Shown here piece after piece: positions 41,978 to 51,459 of a stretch of DNA of 64,000 nt; the first letter of the stretch is position 1; every line of letters begins with the position of its first letter. The stretch is from an uncultured virus (IMG/VR IMGVR_UViG_3300047157_000084) (taxonomy: Duplodnaviria > Heunggongvirae > Uroviricota > Caudoviricetes). Where the stretch lies: the IMG/VR virus record IMGVR_UViG_3300047157_000084; one strand, given 5' to 3'. The notes below the pieces were generated by a model. It searched no databases. It was not told the origin of the DNA and saw only the letters and a list, made by a program, of their open reading frames with translations. Made by a program: the position numbers and the translations under genes.

Positions 41978-43143
41978 AGATAGGACCTAATTTAGTGCAA
42001 GGAAATTTACTGTTCGGTTACGACACTGGTTATGGTGTGGGTAACATAGGCGCACCTACAAGACATTTTAAAGGCAAACCAACAACTAATTTAACAACAA
42101 GTACGTTAACATCTGTTTTTGGCAGTTGGGGTGGTTTAGTAGGAACGTCAACAACTTACACTGATGGTTATTTAGGTGGCTCGGGTGTTCACTTGGTAAT
42201 AACATCTGGTGGTGGTGTTAATTGGTGGAGCTCCCCGTCTTTAACTGGTTTATCAGGTAATACACAATACACAGTAAGCGCAACAATAAAATCAACAGGT
42301 ACTACGTTTGATAATAATTTATTATACATTAGAGAATACAATAGCAGTAACACTCAGTTAAGAGAATATGGATATTTCAACTCAGGTAGAATGATTGATT
42401 TAGGTGACGGATGGTATAGAGTATGGGGAACAGTTACAACACAAGCAACGACTAACAGGATATTACTCCACGGTTATTCTTATAACACGGGTAATAACAT
42501 AAAGATACAAGATTTGCAATTTGAATTAGGTGACACTCCTAGTCCATTTGCAGGATATAACAACTCTAGATCTGATACAGGTCAGTTAATAGATTTAGCT
42601 GGTCAAAGTGATATAAGTTTAAGTAACATGTCTTTTGATAATACAAACACGAATACATACATAGGTAACCCTACTTTTGATGGCTCAGGTGATTTTATTG
42701 ATATAACTACAAATTTTGGAACATTAGCTCAATATTCTTTTGAATATGTTGAAAACCCTTCACAAACACATAAAATGCCCGTGTCAAGTAGACTAAACAC
42801 TGATTTTTATAAATATGGTGCGTATAGTTGGAAATATAAACACGGTGGAGCATCAGGTGAGTATTATCACACAGCTGGAGCTACATCTGGTTGGCATCAT
42901 TGGGTTATTACATACGATGGATCAACCATATCAGTTTATCAAGATAACATTAGCTTAGGAACTAACTCATCAAGTAGTGGCTCTGCAGATTGGAGTGGTG
43001 GATTAAAAATAGGTTGGTGGTCATCTGGAGCTGATTATGATTTTAATGGTGATATACCAGTTATGAAATTTTATGATAGAGCGTTGACAGCTAGTGAAGT
43101 AGCTAGTAATTTTAAAGCATACAAACAAAGATTTAATATATAA
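41974..43143 (+). CDS. Receptor-binding protein, CBM-like + LamG-like (paralogue 3)
   Basis: GDGWYRV, QFELG, FDGSGD, WHHWVITYDG, FYDRALT. Confidence 0.75.
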   Translation: MKIGPNLVQGNLLFGYDTGYGVGNIGAPTRHFKGKPTTNLTTSTLTSVFGSWGGLVGTSTTYTDGYLGGSGVHLVITSGGGVNWWSSPSLTGLSGNTQYTVSATIKSTGTTFDNNLLYIREYNSSNTQLREYGYFNSGRMIDLGDGWYRVWGTVTTQATTNRILLHGYSYNTGNNIKIQDLQFELGDTPSPFAGYNNSRSDTGQLIDLAGQSDISLSNMSFDNTNTNTYIGNPTFDGSGDFIDITTNFGTLAQYSFEYVENPSQTHKMPVSSRLNTDFYKYGAYSWKYKHGGASGEYYHTAGATSGWHHWVITYDGSTISVYQDNISLGTNSSSSGSADWSGGLKIGWWSSGADYDFNGDIPVMKFYDRALTASEVASNFKAYKQRFNI

Positions 43144-43164
43144 CCCGGAAAATGAAAGGTAATT

Positions 43165-46020
43165 ATGGCAAATGAATTTAAAGTAAAAAAAGGTCTAATA
43201 GTAGACGGCTCAAATACGGTTCTTGATATACAAGGAACGCAAGGGCAATTATTTTCTGTAACAGACAGTTTAACAGGAGATTTGTTTTCCGTTTCTGACG
43301 TGTCAGGTATACCTATATTAAATGTAAACTCTAGTGGTATTGTAACTATTGATGGTAATATTCAATTAGCTGATAATGATAAAATACAATTAGGTAATTC
43401 ACAAGATCTAGAATTATATCACGATGGTACACATAGTTACATAAGTGACAATGGTACAGGTGAATTAAGGTTTATTGCAAACGGAGCAACTAGATTTAAA
43501 ATAGGTAGTGATGTTGCATCTTTTAGTGGTACTGATTTTGCTATTGCAGCTGCTAGAAAACTTTATCTTGATGGTCAAAGTAATACATACATAACTGAAA
43601 GTTCTTCTGATACTATTAAATTTTTTACTGGTGGTACAGAAGTTCTTCAACTAGCAAACAATGCGGCAACTTTTACAGGTATTGTTGGAGTAGGTATGGC
43701 TCCTGATTCAGCAGTTGCTTTAACTGTTAGTGGTCAAATAGGACCTACAAATGGAACAGCAGCAGCTCCAACACATACTTTTTATAGTGATGATGACACT
43801 GGTATGTATAGATCAGCGGCTAATGCATTGAGTTTCTCAACTAGTGGAACATTAGCCCTAACACTTGACTCATCACAAAACGCAACTTTTGCAGGAACAG
43901 GTACTTTTAAAGGTGGTGGTAATACTTTAACTCTTAAAAAAGGAACAGGGACAGCTGCGTTAGCTTTTGCTGGAGCATCCTCAACGCCAGAAGCTTCGGC
44001 TTTAATTGAAGGTGTAGCTGGTGGTGGTTTAAAAATTTATACATCAACTAGCTCGGCTGGAACTATAGCTGATCCAGGTTGGAGTAGTAAATTAACTATT
44101 GCTCAAAATGGTAATGCAACTTTTACAGGTACTGTAAATGTTGATTCTGATTTCAAAGTTAGAGGCTCATCAGGCGAAGATCATTTTGTTATTGCGCCAC
44201 AAGCTGCGGGAACTGGTACATATTTAATTTCTTACAATGGTGCTGAAACAGGTTATGAGCCACTTAGAATAGATGCAGAATCTTACAATTTTACAAACGC
44301 AGGTACAAGTGTAATTTCAACAAGTGGACTAGATACAACTTTTGCAGGGGATGTAACTTTAGATAATATATTATTAACAACAGCTACTTTACCTGCAGTA
44401 AACACCCCGAGTATTTCTTTGAGAAGTACAAATAATGAAATTTATTTTCAAGCAGGTAGTGCTAATGTTTTTAATTTTATGAAAGCTGATTATGGGTCAA
44501 TTTTAACTTTAAATGGCTCTACCGATGCAACTTTTGCAGGGAATGTAACAATAGGCGACAATAGTGCTAGTGAAATATTTTTAGCATTTAATTCTTCAGC
44601 AACAGATTTTGCTTTAGGTGCTAATGGTAGTAATTTTATGATTGGCACTAGCTCTGATTTAGATAGTGGTAATTTAATAACTCTATCAGGAACTAATGGC
44701 AGATTAGGAATTGGGACTGTTTCGCCTGGGGCTAAGTTAGATATTAACAGTAGTTCTATTTGGATAAATCCCGCGGATGGTAGCCATGCAGGTTTGCATT
44801 TTAGACAAGGTGGTACTTTTAAGGGTTTTGTTGGATATAACGATAGTACTGATGTAGTTAACTTTAGTATGGACGGGAGTATTAATAAAGGTGTAAATGT
44901 AAATGCGGCTGGTGATGTAGGTATAGGTGATGTTTTACCAACAAGTATATCAGCAAATACCTATAATCTATCTGTTAATTCAGCAAGAAATGATTTATCA
45001 GGTGCGCTTATAAATAAAGCTAACGGAACTATAAAACATCAGCAATACTGGGATTCAAGTGGATATGGTTTTAACCTATCAGCTAATTCAGGTGATTTTA
45101 AATGGAAAGTTAATAACAACGATAGAATGGTTATTGATAAAGATGGTGGTATTGATTTACAGGGTACTGTTGGTCAACTATTCTCAGTTACAAATAGTTT
45201 ATCTGGTGATATATTTTCAGTGTCAGATATATCAGGTGTTCCGATATTAAATATTAACTCTAGTGGCGCTATAACGTTTGATGGTTACGTACCTTACGGT
45301 AATAAATTAAACTTTGGTAGTATTGGTAGTGGATTAGAAATATATTCAGATTCTGCTAGTAATTCATATATAAAAGAAACAGGTGGTTCAGGCGCTTTAG
45401 TGTTTCAATCAAATGAGTATTACTTTCAAACAAATGCTTCGTATACTACAATGCAAGTAACACCTAACTCTGGTGTAGTGATTAATGCAACAACTTCGGT
45501 AGGTTTAACTATTAATGCTGACACAGATAATGCCACAGAGTCAGATATTCCGTTTTTATCATTCAAGATGGATGGTACTATGGAAAGACTAAGAATAGGT
45601 GTTGACAGTTCTAATAACCCGTATATAAGCACAGATAGTGATAGTAATCTACCTTTAAAAATATTGACAGGTACTAATAATAGTGAGTGTGCAAGATTTA
45701 ATGCTGATAATACTACAACTTTTTATGGGACAATAACATCAACCGCGGATGTTGTAGCTTACTCAGACAAAAGATTAAAAACAAACATTAAAACATTAGA
45801 TGGTTCTAAAGTTTACAACATGAGAGGTGTTAGTTTTACTAAAGACGACAAAGAAGGTAGTGGTGTAATAGCACAAGAGCTAGAGAAAATAGCACCTGAG
45901 TTAGTAAATAGTGATAGTGAATATAAGGCTGTAGCTTACGGTAATATAACAGGTTATTTAATTGAAGCTATAAAAGATTTAAAAGCTGAAATAGACGAAC
46001 TTAAAAAACAAATAAAATAA
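43165..46020 (+). CDS. Tail fibre with C-terminal intramolecular chaperone (peptidase S74-like)
   Basis: YSDKRLKTNI...GVIAQELEKIAPELV...LIEAIKDL; ATFAG junctions. Confidence 0.85.
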   Translation: MANEFKVKKGLIVDGSNTVLDIQGTQGQLFSVTDSLTGDLFSVSDVSGIPILNVNSSGIVTIDGNIQLADNDKIQLGNSQDLELYHDGTHSYISDNGTGELRFIANGATRFKIGSDVASFSGTDFAIAAARKLYLDGQSNTYITESSSDTIKFFTGGTEVLQLANNAATFTGIVGVGMAPDSAVALTVSGQIGPTNGTAAAPTHTFYSDDDTGMYRSAANALSFSTSGTLALTLDSSQNATFAGTGTFKGGGNTLTLKKGTGTAALAFAGASSTPEASALIEGVAGGGLKIYTSTSSAGTIADPGWSSKLTIAQNGNATFTGTVNVDSDFKVRGSSGEDHFVIAPQAAGTGTYLISYNGAETGYEPLRIDAESYNFTNAGTSVISTSGLDTTFAGDVTLDNILLTTATLPAVNTPSISLRSTNNEIYFQAGSANVFNFMKADYGSILTLNGSTDATFAGNVTIGDNSASEIFLAFNSSATDFALGANGSNFMIGTSSDLDSGNLITLSGTNGRLGIGTVSPGAKLDINSSSIWINPADGSHAGLHFRQGGTFKGFVGYNDSTDVVNFSMDGSINKGVNVNAAGDVGIGDVLPTSISANTYNLSVNSARNDLSGALINKANGTIKHQQYWDSSGYGFNLSANSGDFKWKVNNNDRMVIDKDGGIDLQGTVGQLFSVTNSLSGDIFSVSDISGVPILNINSSGAITFDGYVPYGNKLNFGSIGSGLEIYSDSASNSYIKETGGSGALVFQSNEYYFQTNASYTTMQVTPNSGVVINATTSVGLTINADTDNATESDIPFLSFKMDGTMERLRIGVDSSNNPYISTDSDSNLPLKILTGTNNSECARFNADNTTTFYGTITSTADVVAYSDKRLKTNIKTLDGSKVYNMRGVSFTKDDKEGSGVIAQELEKIAPELVNSDSEYKAVAYGNITGYLIEAIKDLKAEIDELKKQIK

Positions 46021-46331
46021 TGGCAATAATTTATACTACAAAAATCAATATACTTACAGGTGCCCCTAGTTTAGGTGAATTTGAAAATGTTATAACAGGG
46101 GTTGAGTTTTTGATTAAAGGTGAAGACGGTGATTATGTTGGTGCTAGCATTGGGCATATAAAAGTGGAGTTAGATCCTAGCAACTTTACACCTTTAGAGA
46201 ATATACTAGAAACAACAGTGAAAGGATGGGTTAATTCTCACGATTGTTATAACACTCATGTTGCTATAATAGAAAGAGACATACAAGAACAAAAACTACC
46301 TACTAATGTAACTTTTAAAACTCCTTGGTGA
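46020..46331 (+). CDS. Small tail-associated protein
   Basis: FTPLENILETTVKGWV...PW terminus typical of genes after tail fibres. Confidence 0.55.
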   Translation: MAIIYTTKINILTGAPSLGEFENVITGVEFLIKGEDGDYVGASIGHIKVELDPSNFTPLENILETTVKGWVNSHDCYNTHVAIIERDIQEQKLPTNVTFKTPW

Positions 46332-46332
46332 T

Positions 46333-47463
46333 ATGGCAGTTCCTTCAAGTGGCGAATTAAGCTTGTTAAAAATATTTTCTGAGAAAAATGAAGATGATTA
46401 CACGGCTAACAATGCTGATGGTGAAAATTCTTTTAGCTTAAAAGGTTTGTTTCTATCCCCTACTGCCGACTCAAGCGGCGGTGATATACCTCTAAACCCT
46501 AGTTTTAACAATACTACTGGATACCCACTACCTCAAGATTTAAGCGCACCTCACGCGATGTCTGAATTTTATGGTTACGACCACGACGTACAAAATAATC
46601 CAAGAGTAGGGTATTCAAGTTTAAATTTTACAACAGGAACAACTTATTCATTGGGTATCGCGGAAACATATGGTCATCAAAATCATTCCTATGTTACAAT
46701 TTCTACGGCAATGAATGTTAGTTTTGTTGGAACAAAAAACAGCAGCGGTATTAGTGCTAAAGAGTTTGGGTCTGTTTATTGTAATAAAGCTTTCTCAAGT
46801 TCACCTTCTGTAAATTACAATAGCTCAACTGGTCAGTTACAAGCTAGTACTGGTTCTCAATATAAACGATTTGGTACTAATATAACTTCAACATATACTA
46901 TAAGTGGTGTTGGATTTATAGATGAAAATCAAGTTCCGATGCTAGCAGGTAACACATACGTTATGCGAGCGGTAGTACTATTAAACGATAACACGATTCA
47001 TTACCCTAGCCCCTATGTAAAAGCTAACCCAGCTAACGCAGGTGGTTCTTTTCCAGTTAACATGCCATACATAACGACTTATGAGTGGACTTTACCAGCT
47101 GGTTATACCGCGACTTTAACAGCAGGTACAGACAATTACTATAGCACGACCACTTATGGTTTTAGTACTCAATGGCCATTTAGTATGGGTTCTTTATCAA
47201 CAACATCTTTTAATGGATCAACACTAACTGGTATATACTGGCAAGACCAATCATCAGGAACAGATAGAATGTATATTTATTTTTCTGGTAGTAAACCTAG
47301 TTTTTCTAGTTTTTGGATTAATGGCGCTAATTTAGGGGCTAGTAGTGCTTGGACATCTAATGGCACTACGTCTTGGAGAAAAGATTTGAGTAATAATCCT
47401 TTTGTTAATAGTTCAAACCAATGGGTAAATGGAGCAACATTTGTTATAGACGCTTCATATTAA
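46333..47463 (+). CDS. Tail-tip/adhesin-like structural protein
   Basis: MAVPSSGELSL N-terminus and HAMSEFYGY motif; Ser/Thr/aromatic-rich. Confidence 0.6.
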   Translation: MAVPSSGELSLLKIFSEKNEDDYTANNADGENSFSLKGLFLSPTADSSGGDIPLNPSFNNTTGYPLPQDLSAPHAMSEFYGYDHDVQNNPRVGYSSLNFTTGTTYSLGIAETYGHQNHSYVTISTAMNVSFVGTKNSSGISAKEFGSVYCNKAFSSSPSVNYNSSTGQLQASTGSQYKRFGTNITSTYTISGVGFIDENQVPMLAGNTYVMRAVVLLNDNTIHYPSPYVKANPANAGGSFPVNMPYITTYEWTLPAGYTATLTAGTDNYYSTTTYGFSTQWPFSMGSLSTTSFNGSTLTGIYWQDQSSGTDRMYIYFSGSKPSFSSFWINGANLGASSAWTSNGTTSWRKDLSNNPFVNSSNQWVNGATFVIDASY

Positions 47464-47483
47464 TGGTTTTAAAATACTTATAT

Positions 47484-47511
47484 TTAAAAACTGTGAAAAT
47501 AGCGTAATAAT
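47484..47511 (+). promoter_or_regulatory. Putative class II promoter before packaging/head block
   Basis: TTAAA-N15-GTAATAAT in the intergenic gap. Confidence 0.5.
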
Positions 47512-47544
47512 ATAAACATAGAATAATAATTAAAAAACAAAACA

Positions 47545-47916
47545 ATGGGATTAAAAGGAGCATACAACTTTAAGGGTATAGATTTAAGCGAAGCTTACTT
47601 GCAAGTATCGAGTATAAATTGCAGTTACGAATCTTCTTCATCGCAAAATTTAAAAACTGCCGCCGTGTATAATTCAGATGGTAGTTTAAAAACAGAAGCG
47701 GTGTATGAAACAATTTGGACAAAATCACCTAGTTCACATGCTAGCGTGAAAGTATTTAAAGATAAAGCAACTAGAGACGCTAATCCAGGCTCTCAATTAA
47801 CTGAGTTTGGTTTTAGTTTTACTGAATCTTTAGCTGCTACAGCTAAAAACCACGTAAAGCAAGCTTACGAAGCTTTAAAAGCAGACGATAAATACAAAGA
47901 TTATACAGACGTATAA
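47545..47916 (+). CDS. Hypothetical (tail-associated) protein
   Basis: Intact ORF; QAYEALK motif. Confidence 0.55.
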   Translation: MGLKGAYNFKGIDLSEAYLQVSSINCSYESSSSQNLKTAAVYNSDGSLKTEAVYETIWTKSPSSHASVKVFKDKATRDANPGSQLTEFGFSFTESLAATAKNHVKQAYEALKADDKYKDYTDV

Positions 47917-47942
47917 TAAAACAAACAATTAAATTTAATAAA

Positions 47943-48227
47943 ATGGAAGACGTAAAAGTAGAGGACATCGCTAAAGATGTAAAAAAAATAACTGACGAAG
48001 AATTAAAATCAGTTCAAGAAAAAGTGGCTTTAATAAACCAATCTCAAATGCAGGTTGGTGGTTTAGAAGTTCAAAAAGCTATAGCTATTGAATCTTTAAA
48101 AGCTAGACAGCAAGAACTACAAGTTATTCAAACTTCGTTAGAAGAGAAGTACGGCAAAGTATCAGTTAACTTACAAGACGGAACTATATCCGAATTACCA
48201 GAAGATGAAGCTGATAAGAAAGATTAG
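47943..48227 (+). CDS. Small coiled-coil protein
   Basis: Heptads; LEEKYGKVSVNLQDGTI. Confidence 0.6.
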   Translation: MEDVKVEDIAKDVKKITDEELKSVQEKVALINQSQMQVGGLEVQKAIAIESLKARQQELQVIQTSLEEKYGKVSVNLQDGTISELPEDEADKKD

Positions 48228-48423
48228 TATCGGTAAAGATTATAAAAATGAAGCTATGCATTACTCCGTAGGCCAAGAGGTTTACGGAGGGCATACTATC
48301 TGTGACATTATAGAAGAAGGTGACAAGTTTAGTATATTTATTAAAAAAGACCAAGAGATACTACCTTGGAAAGATTTTAATAAAAACATGGCTATAGCAG
48401 TTGAGTATAATCTAGAATATTAG
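48205..48423 (+). CDS. Hypothetical protein
   Basis: Intact ORF, IRKISIGKDYK.AMHYSVGQ. Confidence 0.6.
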   Translation: MKLIRKISIGKDYKNEAMHYSVGQEVYGGHTICDIIEEGDKFSIFIKKDQEILPWKDFNKNMAIAVEYNLEY

Positions 48424-49028
48424 TGAAAAGCGTTTTAAATTTTATAGTTAAACCTCTAGACGATTCAAGGTATAACAATAAGAAAAAGATAGGTGATAAA
48501 GAATTAATACTTAACACTGAAAACTTTTCTTTTCAATATGTCAATAGACATGCTGAGGTTATATGTGTACCTAGCGTAGGGGAGACAAACATACAAGTCG
48601 GAGATATTGTGATAGTACATCATAATGTTTTTAGAAGATGGAACGATATTAGAGGAGTGGAAAAAGACAGTAAGTCATATTACAAAGATGATATGTATTT
48701 TGTTTTTCCTGATCAAATATTTTTATATAAACATAATGATGTTTGGAAAGCAAACGACACATTTTGTTTTGTAAAACCTTTAGAGTCTACATCAACTGAC
48801 ATTTTCAATGATGAAAAAGAAGAACCTTTAGTAGGTATTTTAAAGTATGGTGACAAGTATTTAACTGAAGCTGGATTAAAGTCTGGTGATTTAATAGGTT
48901 TTAAACCTAACACTGAATATGAGTTTATTATAGATGAACAAAAATTATATAGAATATTTAGTAATTCAATTACAATTAAATATGAATATCAAGGAAACGA
49001 AGAAGAATATAATCCAAGCTGGGCATAA
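48423..49028 (+). CDS. Tandem GroES-fold-like protein
   Basis: Two halves each with F-x-VKPL ... (V/S)GD(I/L)(V/I) pattern. Confidence 0.55.
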   Translation: MKSVLNFIVKPLDDSRYNNKKKIGDKELILNTENFSFQYVNRHAEVICVPSVGETNIQVGDIVIVHHNVFRRWNDIRGVEKDSKSYYKDDMYFVFPDQIFLYKHNDVWKANDTFCFVKPLESTSTDIFNDEKEEPLVGILKYGDKYLTEAGLKSGDLIGFKPNTEYEFIIDEQKLYRIFSNSITIKYEYQGNEEEYNPSWA

Positions 49029-49260
49029 AGCAGTTGAAGAATTAATTAAAGTTGCTAAAGAAGCTATTGTAGATTCAGTGACGATGATATATCAGCTGAT
49101 AGACTTAAAAAACGCTGCAGCTACAAAAAAGCTAGCTATATTTGATGCTTTTGAAATACTTAACAGAATACAAGAAGAAGAAAACTTGCTTAGAAGGTAA
49201 CCTGAAAAGAAGATAATAAAAAAGCTCTTTAGAGGTTTTGCAGAAAAAAGATCTAAGTAA
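48982..49260 (+). CDS. Probable terminase small subunit (frameshifted)
   Basis: Helical protein directly upstream of terL; LKNAAATKKLAIFDAFEIL; ends RGFAEKRSK*. Confidence 0.5.
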
Positions 49261-51458
49261 TGTACGAGCAAATTTATATAAGGTTGTAGAACCTATTAAA
49301 AAAAACTACTATAAAAAGGCTTAATAAGGAAAAAAGCCTGGGAGTACGGCTACAACAAAGAGCATGATATAGTTGTTATATCTAAACTGGTCAAATAGGT
49401 GAAATATATGAAATACAAAATTTCAAATAGCTTTACCAAAAAACCTAAAAATGTTTATCAACAATAATGAAAAAAATGGGACAGTTTGAATATCCAAAAG
49501 AATTACAAGCTTAAAAATATATTTGACTGGCGTAGTTATCCTGAAGAAAAAAAATACAGTGGTTTGATTATATAGACGAAGAGTTTAAAGAAGAGAAGAA
49601 GGTTTTTGGTTTACAACAATGGAAACCAACTTATATAACAGGTACACATTACATGTACTTACAATGGAGTAAAATTGATGTAGGTGCGCCAGATTTTAGA
49701 GAAGCTAATAGATTATTCTATATATTCTGGGAAGCTTGTAAAGCAGATAAAAGATGTTATGGTATGTGTTACCTTAAAAACAGACGATCTGGTTTTTCTT
49801 TTATGTCATCAGCTGAAACAGTTAACCAAGCTACAATATCAAGTGATAGTAGATTTGGTATATTATCTAAAACAGGTGCAGATGCTAAGAAAATGTTTAC
49901 AGACAAAGTTGTACCAATATCAGTTAACTATCCATTTCTTTTTTAAACCGATTCAAGATGGTATGGATAGACCTAAAGTCAGAATTAGCATATAGAGTTC
50001 CAGCTAGTAAGTTTACAAGAAAAAAAATAACAGCTAATGAAAAGCTGGAAGACTTAGAAGGATTAGATACAACTATTGATTGGAAAAACACAGGTGACAA
50101 TAGTTATGATGGTGAAAAACTTAAACTTATTAGTACATGATGAAAGTGGTAAGTGGGAAAGACCTGATAATATATTAAACAACTGGCGTGTTACAAAAAC
50201 ATGTTTAAGATTAGGTAGTAGAATTATAGGTAAGTGTATGATGGGTTCAACATCAAACGCTTTAGATAAAGGAGGTGATAACTTTAAAAAATTATACAAT
50301 GCATCAGATGTTACTAAAAGAAACAGAAATGGACAAACAGCGTCTGGTTTATATTCTTTGTTTATCCCAATGGAGTGGAACTACGAAGGATTTATTGATG
50401 AATACGGATTCCAGTCTTCGATACTCCGAGTGATGAAGTCTTCGAGGTCCACATGGGGAATTAATAGATATAGGTGTAATAGAGAACTGGCAAAACGAAG
50501 CTGATGGTTTAAAAAACGATCAAGATGCTTTAAATGAATTTTACAGACAGTTTCCAAGAACAGAAGAGCATGCATTTAGAGATGAGACAAAAAATAGTAT
50601 ATTTAACTTAGTTAAAATATACGAGCAGATAGATTACAACGAAGAAGCTAGGCCTCTAGGTATTACACAAGGTAATTTTCAATGGGTTAACGGTATAAAA
50701 GATTCAAAGTAATATTTTATCCAGATCCAAAAGGTAGGTTTAAAGTAAGTTGGACACCAAGTTCAACATTACAAAACAAAGTAATAATTAAAAATGGTGT
50801 TAAATATCCTGGTAATGAACACATGGGTGCTTTTGGTTGTGATAGTTATGATATATCAGGAACTGTAGATGGTAAAGGTTCTAAAGGTGCTTTACACGGT
50901 TTAACTAAGTTTAGTATGGAAGATGCTCCCAGCTAATCAGTTTTTTTTAGAGTATATAGCTAGACCACAAACAGCTGAGATATTCTTTGAAGACGTTCTA
51001 ATGGCTTTAGTATTTTACGGGATGCCTATACTAGCAGAGAACAACAAACCTCGTCTATTGTACTATTTAAGAAGACGTGGTTATAGAGGTTTTAGTATGA
51101 ATAGACCTGATAAAGTTATGGAACAAATTATCTGTTGCAGAAAAAGAAATAGGTGGTATACCAAACTCAAGTGAAGATATAAAACAAGCTCACGCAGCTG
51201 CAATTGAAATGTATATACAAGATCATGTTGGAGACAAGAGGTAAGTTTGGTATGTATTTTAATGAGTTTAAATGATTGGGCTAAATTTGATATAAATAAA
51301 AGAACAAAGCATTTGATGCTGCTATAAGTCTGGTTTAGCTATAATGGCTTGTAATAGACATTTATATACTCCTAACTGCAAAACATGAAAAAGAAACTAA
51401 ATATAAAAATAGCTAAGTATAAAATAAAGGACTACATTCTAAATTAATAAAACAATAA
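49260..51458 (+). CDS. terL: Terminase large subunit (many indels)
   Basis: ITGTHYMYLQW, Walker A LKNRRSGFS, Walker B LLVHDESGK, MMGST, RQFP, nuclease FGCDSYD, LAENNKP. Confidence 0.9.
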
Positions 51459-51459
51459 T

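Noticed and set aside
36110..44540. CRISPR array or diversity-generating retroelement as explanation for repeats
   Set aside because: Repeats are 14 bp, in frame and irregularly spaced; no reverse transcriptase, TR/VR pair or cas genes seen
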